A stretch of 64,000 nucleotides of DNA, taken from the NCBI GenBank assembly GCA_964016885.1, contig CAXHJY010001609.1, positions 388,478 through 452,477 on the forward strand, in the 5' to 3' direction. Positions 1 to 14,459 of this stretch are shown here, piece after piece (the stretch's first letter is position 1; each line of letters opens with the position of its first letter). The position numbers and the translations under genes are program-made. The stretch is from Eledone cirrhosa. Its lineage: Eukaryota. The notes beneath the pieces are model-generated. The model searched no databases. It had not been told where the DNA came from and worked only from the letters and a program-made list of their open reading frames with translations.

Positions 1-937
1 GATAAAATCAGCAGTGGGGGAGGGTGCTCTGAAAGTACTGTAGCTAGAGTCAGAACTGGTTGGAAAAAGTTCAGTGAGCTTATACCACTATTAGCTGCTA
101 AAGGGTTCTCCCTAAAAATGAAAGGCAGGTTGTACGATGCCTGCATACGAACAGCAATGCTGCATGGCAGTGAGACCTGGGCATTGTGTGCAGAGGATAT
201 ACGCAGACTAGAGAGGAACGAAGCTTGCATGCTCCGCTGGATGTGTAACAGTAATATACGTGAATGGCAAAGCATAAACGAACTAAGGAAAAAATGCACG
301 TGATGCGCATGAAAGTCGATAGCTGTATAACAAAGTGCAGGGCAATAAAGATAGACGGTAGTCACGGAATAGGCAGACCTAGAAAAACCTGGGACGAGCT
401 GATAAACTCCGACATCACACACTTACACCTCTCCAAGACAATGTCACTGGACCGAGACCTTTGGCGGTACTCAGTAACAGAGAAGACCCGCCTTACCTAA
501 ATATATAGTAAAACCTACTCCAGCCAGTAGGCATCTCTAACAAAATACACCCCGTCCCACCACCACCACCCCCACCACATCCACACCACCCCGTCCCACC
601 ACCACCACCCCCACCCCATCCACACCACCCCGTTCTATGTAAAGTTATGATGGTGCCGCGCCATCCAGGCCGAAACAAATGAGATCGTGTAGGTGTCACG
701 ACAAAAAAACACACAGTCCACGCTGTAATGTGGCCGTGTAGGCAACACGGTAAAAACCTCCCAGACCCACACTGTAAATGTGGTTGGTGTTAGGAAGGGC
801 ATCCAACTGTAGAAAACCTGCCAGACAGTCCTATGCGAGCAAGACAATCACTCTTGCCTCAAGTGGGACTACCCCCGTCCAAACCCATGCAAGCGTGGAA
901 CACGGACGTTAAACGTTGATGATGATGATGATGATGA
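1..937 (+). mobile_element. RTE-clade LINE, 3' part (end of ORF, long 3' UTR, (GAT)n tail); runs off the window's left edge
   Basis: Translates to KGRLYDACIRTAMLHGSETW...GRPRKTWDELI; nearly the same as 21100-22147 apart from an internal deletion; ends in ccatgcaagcgtggaa...ggacgttaaacg plus (gat)n. Confidence 0.9.
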
Positions 938-1220
938 TATAGTAAAGCACTTTACGATTAGGATTTTCTCAGTAAGGTATCAATCGAAGTGTCAGTGTAA
1001 TAAATAAGAGACAGTTTTATTTGTACATCTTCATTTTATTACATAATTCCATTAACCATATACATACATGCATACATAAATATATATGTGTGTGTGTGTG
1101 AGAGAGAAAGAGAGAGGGAGTGTGTGTGTTCTTCATTCTGTACTTTGCTGGGCTTTGGCTGCTATTTCTACCAGGCATATACCTGTCCTTCACTCTTCTC
1201 TCGTTCTCTGGGACTCTAGC

Positions 1221-1274
<54 letters not shown>

Positions 1275-1374
1275 TGTGGCACTTGTATTTACAATTATAT
1301 AAATAAGTATCTAATTGTTTAAATATAGAAAAACGTTTGTGGCATTACTACACCTTTAAGTTTAAATTTCAATT

Positions 1375-1927
1375 GAATAACATTACAGATATGTTTTATA
1401 TATATGTATATATATATATATATATAACATTACATATATGTTTGATATATATATATATATAAATAACATTACATATATGTTATATATATATATAAATAAC
1501 ATTATAGATATGTTATATATATATAAATAACATTACATATATGTTTTATATATATATATATAAATAACATTACAGATATATTATATATATATATATATAA
1601 ATAACATTAGAAATATGTTTTATATATATATATAAATAACATTACAGATATGTTATATATATATATAAATAACATTATAGATATGTTTTATATATATATA
1701 TATATATAAATAACATTATAGATATGTTTTATATATATATATATATATAAATAACATTACAGATATGTTATATATATATAAATAACATTTCAGATATGTT
1801 ATATATATATATAAATAACATTTCAGATATGTTATATATATATATAAATAACATTACAGATATGTTATATATATATATATAAATAACATTAGATATTTTA
1901 TATATATATATATATAAATAACATTAC

Positions 1928-1963
<36 letters not shown>

Positions 1964-3204
1964 CATTACAGATATGTTATATATATATATATATATAAAT
2001 AACATTACATATATGTTGTATATATATATATAAATAACATTACAGATATGTTACATATATATATATAAATAACATTACAGATATGTTATATATCATCATC
2101 ATCATCATCGTTTAACGTCCATCTTCCACGTTTGCATGGGTTTGGACGGGAGGTTTCCCACTTGAGGCAAGATTTGTTGTCCTGCTCATATAGGACTGTC
2201 TGGCGGGTTTTCTACGGCTGGATGCCCTTCCTAACACCAACCACATTTACAGTGTGGACTGGGAGGTTTTTACCGTGTTACCCACATGGCCACATTACAG
2301 CGTGGACTGTGTTTTTTTGTCGTGACACCTACACGACCTCATTTGTTTCGGACTGGATGTTGTGGTACCAACATAACTTTACATTGAAAGGGGTGGTGTG
2401 GATGGGGTGTGGGTAGTGGGGCTGGGGTGTATTTTGTTAGAGGTGCCTACTGACTGTAGGTTTCGCTTTGTACTTAGGCAAGGCGGGTCTTCTGTATGAC
2501 TGGGTAGCGCCAAAGATCCCCGTCCAGTGACATTGTCTTGTAGAGGTGTAAGTGTGTGAGGTTGGAATTTATCAAGTCGTCCCAGGTTTTTCTGGGTCTG
2601 CCTACTCCGTGGCTACCGTCTATTTTTATCGCCCTGCACTTTTTTATACAGCTGTCTTTCATGCGCATCACGTGACCATACCAACGTAGTCTTCTCTCGA
2701 GTAAACAACATCTGATCCCTCTTATTCCTAATTTCACCCTTAGTTTGTTCAAGCTTCGTTTCTCTCCAGTCTGCGTATATCCTCTGCACACAATGCCCAG
2801 GTCTCACTGCCATGCAACATTGCTGTTTGTATGCAGGCATCATACAGCCTGCCTTTCATTTTTAGAGAGAACCTTTTAGCGGCCAATAGTGGTATAAGCT
2901 CTCTGAACTTTTTCCATCCCGTTCTGACTCTAGCTATATAAATAACATTACAGATATGTTATATATATATATAAATAACATTACATATATGTTTTATATA
3001 TATATATATAAATAACATTACAGATATATTATATATATATATAAATAACATTAGAAATATGTTTTATATATATATATAAATAACATTACAGATATGTTTT
3101 ATATATATATAAATAACATTACAGATATGTTTTATATATATATAAATAACATTACAAATATGTAGTATATATATATATAAATAACATTACAGATATGTTA
3201 TATA
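1375..3204. repeat. AT-rich minisatellite, unit AAATAACATTACAGATATGTT(TA)n, interrupted by an RTE copy
   Basis: Dozens of visible units at 1375-2092 and 2935-3204. Confidence 0.9.
2093..2934 (-). mobile_element. 5'-truncated RTE LINE
   Basis: (CAT)n tail at ~2093; ORF 2474-2791 RLRWYGHVMRM...GRPRKTWDDL. Confidence 0.9.
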
Positions 3205-3783
3205 TCATCATCATCATCCTCATCTTCGTTTAACGTCCATTTTCCACGCTAGCATGGGTTAAACGAGAGTTGTCCCACTTGAGGCAAGGTTGGTCGGGTG
3301 ACCGTGTCTCGCTCATATAGGACTACCTGGCAGATTTCTACGGCTGGATGCCCTTCCTAACACCAACCACATTTACAGTGTGGAACTGGGAACTTTTTAC
3401 CGTGTTATCTACACGGCCACATTACAGCGTGGACTGTGTGTTTTGTCGTGATACCTACACAATCTCGATCTCATTTATTTGGACGGGATGTTGTGGTACC
3501 AACTTTATCGAGAGAGGGTGGTGTTGGTGGGAGGATAGGGTAGGGGTAGTGGATTGGGGTGTATATTTGGTTAAGCGGAGGCTACTGACTGTAGGTTTCC
3601 CTTTGTACATAGGCAAGGCGGGTCTTCTGTATTACTGCGTAGCACCAAAGATCTTGGTCCAGTGACATTGTTTTAGAGGGGTGCAAGTGTGTATGGTCGG
3701 AATTTATCAGATCGTCCCAGGTTTTTTTGGGTCTACCTACTCCGTATCTACCATCAATTTTGATCGCCCTGCACTTTTTTATA
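3205..3783 (-). mobile_element. 5'-truncated RTE LINE (3' UTR plus ORF end)
   Basis: (CAT)n tail and 3' UTR homologous to 2093-2640. Confidence 0.85.
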
Positions 3784-3909
3784 CATATATATATATATTT
3801 ACATATATCTCAAGGGTGGTGCCCCAGCATGGCCTCAGTCAGATGGCTGTAACAGGTGTAAGAATAAAAGAATATAATATATATGTGTATATTCATATAT
3901 TGTATTTAT

Positions 3910-5330
3910 CCTCATCACAATTTAAACTCCATTATACATGCCAGCATGGGCTGGACCACTTGTCCTGTTGTGTGAAAACTTAGATCAAATAACTGTGTCT
4001 TGCTCATGAAAGAACCATTTCTGGCTGGTTTCTATGACTGGATGCCCTTCCTAACTCCAACCACATTTACAGGGTGGACTTGGTATTTATTGTTGTGTTG
4101 CTAACATGACCAACCTACAGGGTGAAGTGGGTGCTTTTTGTCATCATCATGACAACCACCAGCTAAGAGAGCAGACTTGGTGCTCTTTGTCATGTCACCA
4201 ATTTGACTACTTTGAAGGGTGGTTCGGGTGCCTTCAGTCTTACCACTAGCATGACCACTTTACAGAGTGGGCTAGAGGCCTCCTGTCATGTCTACATCAC
4301 TGGGTGCTTATTTGTCATGTCACCAGCATGACTACCTTGCAGGGAGGGTTAGGTGCTCTTTTGTCATATTACCTAACAGAGAGGACTTGGTACTCTTTTG
4401 TCATGACACCTGCATGACCACCTTATAGGGTTGCGTGAGGGTTTAGCCTTTTCAGCAGCATTGGAGGAGAGCATGTTAAGCTTTCCTTACTTGTATACAT
4501 GGGTTGGTCAAGAAAGGTGTATCAGATGTGAAAGTGGGGGTGGGGCTGTGTGTATGTAGGGTGAGATTGGAGAGGTAGGTCAGGGTGGTGTACTTAGCTG
4601 GTAAGGGGGTGGAGTGTTAAGTTGTGAAGGGGAGGAAAATTGGAGCATACTAAATGTTGCTTCAACCCGTGGACATGGGAATGCAGGTCTCCTGCAGTAC
4701 TATATAACGCCAGAGATTTCAATCCTGTGTCATCACCTTTGAGAGGTACAATGGTGTCAGGTCAGTTTTTACCTCCTCATCCCAAGCTTTCCTAGGTCTT
4801 CCTCTTCCATCAATTTCAAGCAGTCAACCTTTTATACAGTATCTCTACCTTCATACAGATCACATGTCCATACCACAGCAATCTACTCTCCTGTATACTG
4901 TATCTTATCCCTCTCATGCCTAGGTTCTCTCTCAGTTTATTTACACTTTGCTCTTCATGTATATTAATATTACACATCCATCGGAGAATTTAAGCTTCAT
5001 TTCTATCCAGTCTTCTGAGGTCCTCACTGCAATGCAGCATTGCTGTTCATATGCACACATCAAATTGATGAAACAACCTTTTGTAGCTAGCAGCAGTAGT
5101 AACACCCTAAACCTCTGCCATCTTGTTCTTACTCTTGTTACTGTACTTTCAGAACACCTACCTCCACTGCTTCTTTGATACCCCAGGTAACAGAAACTGT
5201 CAACCGCTTCTATGGAACCCTTTAAATATTTGATAGAGCTTGTCTCCTAAACGTGATTGCTGCTTACTTCTCCAGTGCAGTGAACCAATGTAAAACCTAC
5301 GTTCTTAGCTAACTTACCATGTATGTGTGA
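3910..5330 (-). mobile_element. Old degenerate RTE LINE with tandemly amplified 3' UTR modules
   Basis: ggatgcccttcctaactccaacc motif; degenerate ~45-bp catgacc...ggtgc..ttgtcat repeats at ~4080-4430; ORF-end remnants at 4700-5300. Confidence 0.7.
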
Positions 5331-5359
5331 CCATTGGTTTCTGAGTTATGGCACCACTG

Positions 5360-5790
5360 TTTATTAGGGGAGGCACTTCCAAACAGACCCTTCTTTAAGT
5401 ATGCTGACAAATATATTTTGTAATCTAGGTGAGTTAATTAGCAGTGGAGGGGGCTGTTCTGAAAGATGTATAGCTAGAATAAGGATAGGATGAAAAAAGT
5501 TTAGAGAGCTACTGCAACAGTTGACGACAAAAGGTTTCTCTCTCTCTGTACAAAAGGACAACTGTATGACACATGTGGGTGATGTGCAATGATGCATGGT
5601 AACGAAATAAGGGTTGTGACTGCAGAGGATATGTAGACTGGAGAGAAATGAAACAACCATGCTTTGTAGGATATGTTGTGTAAGTGTGAGAGAAAGGGAG
5701 AGCTTGGACAAGTTCAAGAAGAAGCTGGGATTAAGAGTGAGCTGAAGTGGTGTGTAAGAGAGAAGACTGTGTTTGTATGGACATAAAATG
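5360..5790 (+). mobile_element. Old RTE LINE ORF fragment
   Basis: Decayed YLGDLISSGGGCSE...RIRIGWKKFRELL...LYD-like sequence. Confidence 0.65.
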
Positions 5791-6255
5791 AAAGGAGAAG
5801 AATTTCTTAGTAAAACAGGTTTATTCAAAATATTAACAACATTGGTGGCACTATTTTAGGTGAGTGACATGGTTTTTATCTAATTGTGTTGCATTAAGTA
5901 ATCTTTATAATAGAATGATTTACCACAGATATCACAGTGATATAGTTCCTCTCCTGTATATGTTAGTGTCTAATTAAACCACAACATTTAGAGAAGGATT
6001 TATCACAGACATCAGTGATATGGTTCCTCTCCTGTATGTATATGTTGGTGTCTAGTGAAGCCACAACATTTAGAGAATGATGTACCAAATATATCAAAGT
6101 GATATGGCTTCCCAGCTGTATGTATATGTGTGTGTGTGTAGTTAATGTAACATTCAAAGAGAATGATTTCCCTCAGATGTCACAATGATATGTATTTGTA
6201 TTCTCATTAATTCACAAATTTGAGAGAATGATTTATCACTGATGTCAATGCGTTA

Positions 6256-7401
<1,146 letters not shown>

Positions 7402-8012
7402 TTATATTATATTTCTTATAAAATATATCTTCTATATTTCCCTCAACTGTAATTTCAGTTAATATCTGAAGATAACACAAACTTATGTTTTATCCAAGTT
7501 TAGTTAAAATACAAAACCATCTCATAGTGAAGAAAATAAACTCAGTTTTGAGGAAATATTTCGCAGTAATTGAACTATAGATTTATATAAACAGTGTTAT
7601 ATAAGTTCTGTTAAAAAAGTTTTAGTCTTCAAATGATGATAAATATAGGTGATGTATCCAAGATTGAAAATAATAATTTATCCCAATGTCATCTGATATT
7701 CTGAAATAAGAAAGAAACAGTATGAGATAAAACAGAATACTTTAGAAGCAGAGATAGATTTAACAGTGGAAATTTTATATTTCTATATTGGTAAACTGTA
7801 GATATCAACATTCTGACCAGAGTAATTCTCTCCAATGTAAGCAGTGGTATTCCAGCATGCTCTGTAAATTATATCCTTCTATCTCTTCAGAGGTCTGCTC
7901 TATGGCAGTTTAGCAAAAAATGCATTCTTATAGGACTTATAAGAAACAGTATGAGATAATAGAGAATACTTAAAATACAGATAGATTTAACAGTGAAAAT
8001 ATTACATGTTTA

Positions 8013-8146
8013 CCACATTTCCCTGCGTCGAAGACATTACTTTTTCTCTAATATAAGTCTCAAAAATCTACCATACGTCCTGGAAGCCGAAGGTTGTTTA
8101 TTATTTTTCTTCAAAAATTAGTCGTCTTCGGCGCCGGTAAATACGG
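8013..8146. mobile_element. MITE with pogo/Tc2-like TIRs and TA TSD
   Basis: Left ccacatttccctgcgtcgaagac vs right gtcttcggcgccggtaaatacgg; flanked by TA; the adjacent duplicate at ~7760-7800 shows the empty site. Confidence 0.7.
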
Positions 8147-8256
8147 TACATTGGTAAACTGTAGAAATACACCTGTGTGATGTTTATTTATATAAACCTA
8201 GGCTATATATATGTCAAACTACAGCTGTACCATCACTATAGCGGTGTCATGTAGTA

Positions 8257-8600
8257 CAGGGCCCCAAAACTGTGGTAACCTTGTGAGATGGGTTTTGCTC
8301 AGCCGACCGGCTACCCCTCCACATAGTGGTTCCACCCCGTACCAGGCGCCAAAACTATGGTAACCTTGTGAGATGTGTTTTGCTCCGCCGACTGGCTACC
8401 CTCCCCATAGTGGCGCAGCCAACTGGCCAGCCATTCTCCTATCTGTACCATCCAGTACCAGGTCCCAAAACTATGGTAACCTTGTGAGATGGGTTTGGTG
8501 CAGCTGGCTGGCCACCCATCCTCATAGTGGTGCCACCCAGTACCAGGCCCCAAAATTATAGTTGCACTGTGAGATGGGTTCGGCACAGCCAACTGGCCTG
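8257..8600. repeat. GC-rich tandem repeat, ~4 copies of ~85-115 bp
   Basis: Recurring cagg.cccaaaactatggtaaccttgtgagatgggtttt. Confidence 0.75.
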
Positions 8601-8627
8601 TCCCTCCTCATAACAGAGCCATCCAGT

Positions 8628-9083
8628 TCCACACTGTAAACATGGTTGGTGTTAGGAAGGGGACCCAGCTGTAAAGTACCCAACCAAATTTACAGACCTC
8701 ACCTGAGCAAGGTGCGACACATGGCCAACCCTGGCCAGACTTGCCTCCTGGCGTGCAAAACCCGTCTAACCCATGCCAGAATGGAAAAATGGACACTAAA
8801 TGGAGATGACACAGACATATATATATATCCCACCCAAAATGGACGTGTAAAAGACACAGCAAAAAGTACCCACCCCACACTGTAAAGTGGACGTGTAAAA
8901 GACAGCAAAAAGCACCCAGCCGACAATGTTGTTGGCGTTAGGAAGGGCATCCTGCCATAGAAAGCTAGCCAGAAACACCCCTATATGAGTTAGACTCGGT
9001 CACCCGACCCAACTTGTCTCTAAATGGGACCCGTCTAACCCATGCTAGCGTGGAAGATGGACGTTAATTGATGATGATGATGA
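8628..9083 (+). mobile_element. RTE 3'-UTR-derived modules ending in (GAT)n
   Basis: cacactgtaaa...ggttggtgttaggaaggg motif twice; terminal cccatgctagcgtggaa...ggacgtt plus (gat)n. Confidence 0.7.
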
Positions 9084-9538
9084 TATATAATAAAATGTTG
9101 TAGTTTACTTCAAGCATTCTATATAATATATAACGTTGAAAGAGATAGAAGGCTAAACAAGGCAAAATGGACTGTAAGATGAGGTAAGGAAAAGTAAAAG
9201 TTACCTGGTAATCTTTGTTGTTGTTGTTCTTTTATTTGTCCAATATTTTGGGACCTAAAAGTCCTTTCTTCAGGGTTTAACCCTTTAACATTTACACTAT
9301 TCTATATGTACTATTATATTTCCATAATATCGAATCTATGAGATTTTGATATTATTTACATTGAGAACAATACCTTAACATCAGTATGAGTGGCCAATTA
9401 CGGCTGTTTTAAAAAGAAAAGGTAGACAAAATTCTGGCCAGCAACTTTCAGTGGATAATGTTCCAATTTCCTCTCTTTGGGATTAAATTTTGATTTTGAT
9501 TAAAAAGTTTTCTAATTCGTTTTCAAGCATTTTATAAA

Positions 9539-9845
9539 ATTGATGGAAGATGTGAAGTAGGAAGACCTAGGATGAGGTGATAAAAGCTGACCTCACACAA
9601 TTGATGGAAGCTGTGGAGTAGGACGACTTGGGATGAGGTGATAACTGCTGACCTCACACAATTGATGAAAGATGTGAAGTAGGAAGACCTGGGATGAGGT
9701 GATAAAAGCTGACCTCACACAATTGATGGAAGCTGTGGAGTAGGAAGACCTGGGATGAGGTGATAAAAGCTGACCTCACACAATTGATGGGAGCTATAGA
9801 GAAGGAAGACCTGGGATGAGGTGATAAAAACTGACCTCACACAAT
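9539..9845 (+). repeat. Tandem repeat, 5 x 61 bp, derived from the RTE ORF C-terminus
   Basis: Unit attgatggaagctgtggagtaggaagacctgggatgaggtgataaaagctgacctcacaca matches the IDG.CGVGR..TWDEVIKADLT codons; RTE sequence continues to ~9905. Confidence 0.85.
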
Positions 9846-9999
9846 TCTCAAAGACAATGACACAGGATTGAGATATTTGGTGTTATACAGTAATATAGAA
9901 GACCAGCAATCCCTAGCATTGGTATCAATGACTCCTACATGGACATCAATACACATCTATATATACACACATTACTATATACACACCTAACATATAGAA

Positions 10000-10170
10000 G
10001 AACCCCGTCGGTCACGAACGACCATGTGATTGGCAGCTAGAAAGTTCCCCTCTGAGGCACAAGTCTGGTTGTTTGAGGAAGACCAGCAGTCACCCAAGTA
10101 TACCAGTCTACCCTCTCCATGCCACAGATGTTGTCCAAGGGAAAGGTAATGGCTGATACAGCTTGGAACT
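10000..10170 (-). mobile_element. 3' body of a tRNA-derived SINE (candidate head at 25727-25890)
   Basis: Ends in gttgtccaagggaaaggtaatggctgatacagcttgg, which overlaps the start of the SINE segment at 25727 (cagcttggcaccagtgacatta). Confidence 0.6.
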
Positions 10171-10186
10171 TCACTACATATATATA

Positions 10187-11062
10187 AGAGGTGTGTCAGA
10201 AAAGTTCCAGGACTGATGTCACAAAGATTTATTTAAAGAGTTATCTCCTTCAAAGTAATCCCCCTGGAGTATGTAACTGTAATCTTAGCTCTCTCCAGCA
10301 ATCAAACTGTTTTCTTCATAATTTTATATACATGTCCTCTGTTTCAGGTCGTCAAGCAATGAGCACAGAGCAACGAACAAACTTGAAAACTGCGTCAGAA
10401 ACACTGGGATTGCTGCAGCAGGTGTATGGAGATGAGACGATGTCACGCTCACGTGTTTTGAGTGGTACAAGAGGTTTAAAGAAGGATGCGACGACGTGGA
10501 AGATGACCCCAGGAGCGGAAGGTCCTCAACAACAAGGACTGAGGTCAACATTGAGCGCGTTAGGCAGATGGTGCGTAGCAATCGTCGGCTGACTGTTCGA
10601 CTGATGGCTAATGAGCTGGGCATGAATCGGGACAGCGTCTGGAAGATTCTCACTGAAGATTTTGACATGCAGAAAGTCTGCGCGAAGACGGTGCCAAAAC
10701 TGCTGAACAATGACCAGAAGGGTCGCAGCATGCAAGTGTGCCAGGACATCCTCGAGTGTCTTGAAACTGAACCAGACTTGCTAGGGACAGTCATCACCGG
10801 TGATGAGTCAGGGATTTTCAACTACGACCCGGAAGGGACCCGTTTTGAAGATGTGGACAACATCAAAAAGGCCGTGACGACGGAACTGCGGAGGGTCCCG
10901 GAAGAATCCATCCAGGAGTGATTGCAAGCGTGGTAAAAAATGATGGAAAAGTGTTTTAGACTCCAGGGGGATTACTTTGAAGGAGAAAACTCTTAGTGTG
11001 AAGTTTGGGTTTGAAATAAAACTTTTGTGACATCAGTCCTGGAACTTTTCTGACCCACCTCA
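10187..11062 (+). mobile_element. Internally deleted mariner DNA transposon
   Basis: ~38-bp TIRs (gaggtgtgtcagaaaagttccaggactgatgtcacaaa / tttgtgacatcagtcctggaacttttctgacccacctc) in TA context; transposase HTH (EDDPRSGR...NRRLTVR, KVCAKTVPKLL) and first catalytic D (ITGDES); the catalytic core is deleted between YDPE and GTRF. Confidence 0.9.
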
Positions 11063-12085
11063 TATATATATTATATATACACTGTCTACATTATATATTA
11101 TACACTATATATGTTGTCCATGGGAAACTCAATGGCTGATAAGCTTGACACTAGTGACATCACAACATATATATACACTGTGTACAATATATATTATACA
11201 CTATATATGTTGTCCAAGGGAAAGGCAATGGCTGATACAGCTTGGCACCTGTGACATCACAACATATATCTACACTATATATATATATATATACACTGTG
11301 TACAATATATGTATATACACTGTGTACAATATATATACACTGTGTACAATATATATGTTGTCCAAGGGAATGGTAATGGCTTACACAGCTTGACACCAGT
11401 GGCATCACAACATGTATATACACTATCATCATCATCATCATTGTTTAACATCCATATTCCTCGCTCGCATGGGTTTGGACGGGAGTTTTCCCACTTGAGG
11501 CAAGAGTGGTTGTCTTGCTCGTATAGGACTGTCTGGCGGGTTTTCTACAGCTGGATGCCCTTCCTAACACCAACCACATTTACAGTGTGTACTGGGAGGT
11601 TTTTACCGAGTTACCTACACGGCCACATTACAGCGTGGACGGTGTGTTTTTTTGTTGTGATACCTACACGACCTCATTTGTTTCGAGCTGGATATTGTGG
11701 CACCAACATAACTTTACATTGAAAGGGGCGGCGTGGATGAGGTGGGACGGGGATGTATTTTGTTAGAGGTGCCTACTGACTGTAGTAGGTTTCACTTTGC
11801 ACTTAGGTAAGGCGGGTCTTCTCTATTACTGTGTAGCGCCAAAGATCTCGGTCCAGTGACGTTGTCTTGGAGAGGTGTAAGTGTGTGAGGTCGTTATTTA
11901 TCAAGTCATCCCAGGTTTTTCTGGGTCTGCCTAATCCGTGGCTACCATCTATTTTTATTGCCCTACACTATATATATATATATATACACTGTGTACAATA
12001 TATATTATACACTATATATGTTGTCCATGGGAAAGGCAATGGCTGATACAGCTTGGCACCAGTGACATCACAACATATATATATA

Positions 12086-12116
<31 letters not shown>

Positions 12117-12295
12117 CTGTGTACAATATATATTATACACTATATATGTTGTCCAAGGGAAAGGCAATGGCTGATACAGCTTGGCACCAGTGACATCACA
12201 ACATATATATACACTATATATATATATACACCATATATGTTGTCCAAGGGAAAGGCAATGGCTGACACAGCTTGGCACCAGTGACATCACAACAT
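11063..12295. repeat. Tandem repeat built from a ~55-bp SINE segment plus a TA-rich spacer (further units at 14460-14650 and 25550-25750)
   Basis: gttgtccaagggaaaggcaatggctgatacagcttggcaccagtgacatcacaaca repeated ~6 times here. Confidence 0.85.
11424..11964 (-). mobile_element. 5'-truncated RTE LINE
   Basis: (CAT)n tail; 3' UTR and ORF end homologous to 21500-22147. Confidence 0.88.
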
Positions 12296-12729
12296 TTATA
12301 TATAACTTATATCCCAGACATCCATAGATTATTTCTATTCTACAGCTATCTCTCTTCCCCAATTTCAAAATGTTCTGTTTACATTATTATTATTATCATT
12401 CACTTGTTTCCACAATGTATATACTTAGACCTTGTTTTTGATATAAACCATGTTGGACATTGTCTCTTTCTCTACAAACTCATCCCTAACCCCCACCATT
12501 ACCTCCCCTTTCTCTCACTCATTCATTTCGGTGTTTACGAAGCTAGGTGACCATCTTCAAAGTTCTTGCATACTTGCCTTGTCTAATATGTCTACTTATA
12601 TTTGCTTATTTCACCCAAATCTCCTGTGATGATATATGTCATGATGGCTACCTATCTCACATTTTCCCACTCACCAGCATAGGCTATTTGACCAATCAAA
12701 CCTCAGCAACATGTCCTTACCCATTACTA

Positions 12730-13014
12730 CCCCAACAAACTCTGCCATTACTACTACTGTCCTTCTAGCCCTTACCAGCCCCAACAAACTCTGCCATTAA
12801 TACTACTGTCCTTCTAGCCCTTACCAGCCCCAACACACTCTGCCATTACTACTACTGTCCTTCTAGACCTTACTAGCCCCAACAAACTCTGCCATTACTA
12901 CTACTGTCCTTCTAGCCCTTACCAGCCCCAACAAATTCTGCCATTACTACTAGTCCTTCTAGCCCTTACCAGCCCCAACAAACTCTGCCATTACTACTAC
13001 TGTCTTTCTAGCCC
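12730..13014. repeat. Minisatellite, ~6 x 49 bp
   Basis: ccccaacaaactctgccattactactactgtccttctagcccttaccag. Confidence 0.9.
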
Positions 13015-13019
13015 TGCAC

Positions 13020-14459
13020 CAAACAATTCTTGTTCACCATTATGTATGGAGGAGCGAAGGATAAATGGAACAACCCCGAATAAATAAATGAATATGAATC
13101 CGCAAGTTACCAAGCACCCATGCGAAGCTTTAATTCAGAGACAGGAAGCATACACACTCCCCTGCAAAAATTCACCCTCTCCCACAAATGATGGCAAATG
13201 TCCAAAACTCTGAGTTGGCAGCATCAACATAAGCACAATGAAAGGAAGGGAAGGAGAAATTATAGACATGCTAGAGTGAAAAGATATTGACGTATGCTGT
13301 GGACCAGGTCATGAAAGTAATGGAAAGAGTCATAGCACAGTTGATCAGGGACTGGGTAAAACTAGATGAGATGCAGTTTCGGTTGTTGCAGGAAAAAGCA
13401 CCACTGATGCCCTCTTCCTTGTGAGGCAGTTACAGGAAAAGTACCTAGCTAAAAGCAAGCCGCTCTACCTGGCTTTTGTCGATCTGGAAAGTCTTCGACA
13501 GAGACCCCGTGCTATAATCTGCTGGGCTCTTAGAAATCTAGCAGTAGATGAGTGACTTGTGAAAGCTGTACAAGCCATGTATAGGGGGCATGTCAGTAAA
13601 GTTAGGCTTAACAATTACTATAGCGAGGAATCTAGCATACAGGTCGGTGTCTACCAGAACTCTGTTGTTAGCCCTCTCCTGTTTATTATAGTATTGCAGG
13701 CTATAACAGAGGAGTTTAAGACCTGATGCCCATAGGAACTCCTATATGTGGATGATCTTACACTTATAGCTGAATCTATGGCAGAACTAAAGAAACAAGC
13801 ACCAACAAACTCTGTAGAAACAATAGACAGCTTTTGCTACCTAGGTGACCGAATAAGCAGCGGAGATGGGTGTTCTGAAAGTACAGTAACCAGGGTAACA
13901 ACGGGATTGAAGATGTTCAGGGAGCTACTGCCACTGCTAGCTGCAAAAGGCTTTTCTCTCAAAATGAAAGGCAGACAGTATGATGCGTGCATACGAACAG
14001 CAATGTTACATGGTAGTGAGACCTGGGCGCCGTCTGTAGAAGACTTGAGTAGATTAGAAAGAAACGAAACTTGCATGCTCCGATGGATGTGTAATAGTAA
14101 TATACGCGAACGGCAAAGTATTAACAAATTGAGAGAGAGACTGAGCATAAGAGGAATCAAATGCTGTGTGCAGCAGAGGAGGTTGTGTTGTAGCCCCTGA
14201 GTACAAGCCGAAGCACATAGACAATATTCCCCGACCCCCTCCCACTGTAAAGTGGCCGTGGAGGTGTCACAACAAAAAAGCACCCATTACTCACTGTGAG
14301 GTTGGTGTTAGGAAGGGCATCCAACTGTAGATATCAAACCAGAATCAGTTCCCATCTGAGCAAGACAAGGTCACCCCACCTGGCACTGCCCACAACAGGA
14401 CAACCTGTCTAACCCATACTACTGTGGAAGAAGGGACGTAAAACGGTGATGATGATGAT
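13020..14459 (+). mobile_element. Multiply deleted RTE LINE retaining the endonuclease N-terminus, RT pieces and 3' tail
   Basis: VGSINISTMKGREGEIIDML...IDVCC at ~13213-13300 joined to DQVMKV...EMQF; ORF 13748-14200; (gat)n at ~14450; 5' boundary uncertain. Confidence 0.8.

Noticed and set aside
11063-12295. CRISPR-like look: conserved ~55-bp repeats with variable spacers
   Set aside because: Spacers are related TA-rich low-complexity sequence, the repeat is a SINE fragment, the context is eukaryotic and there are no cas genes
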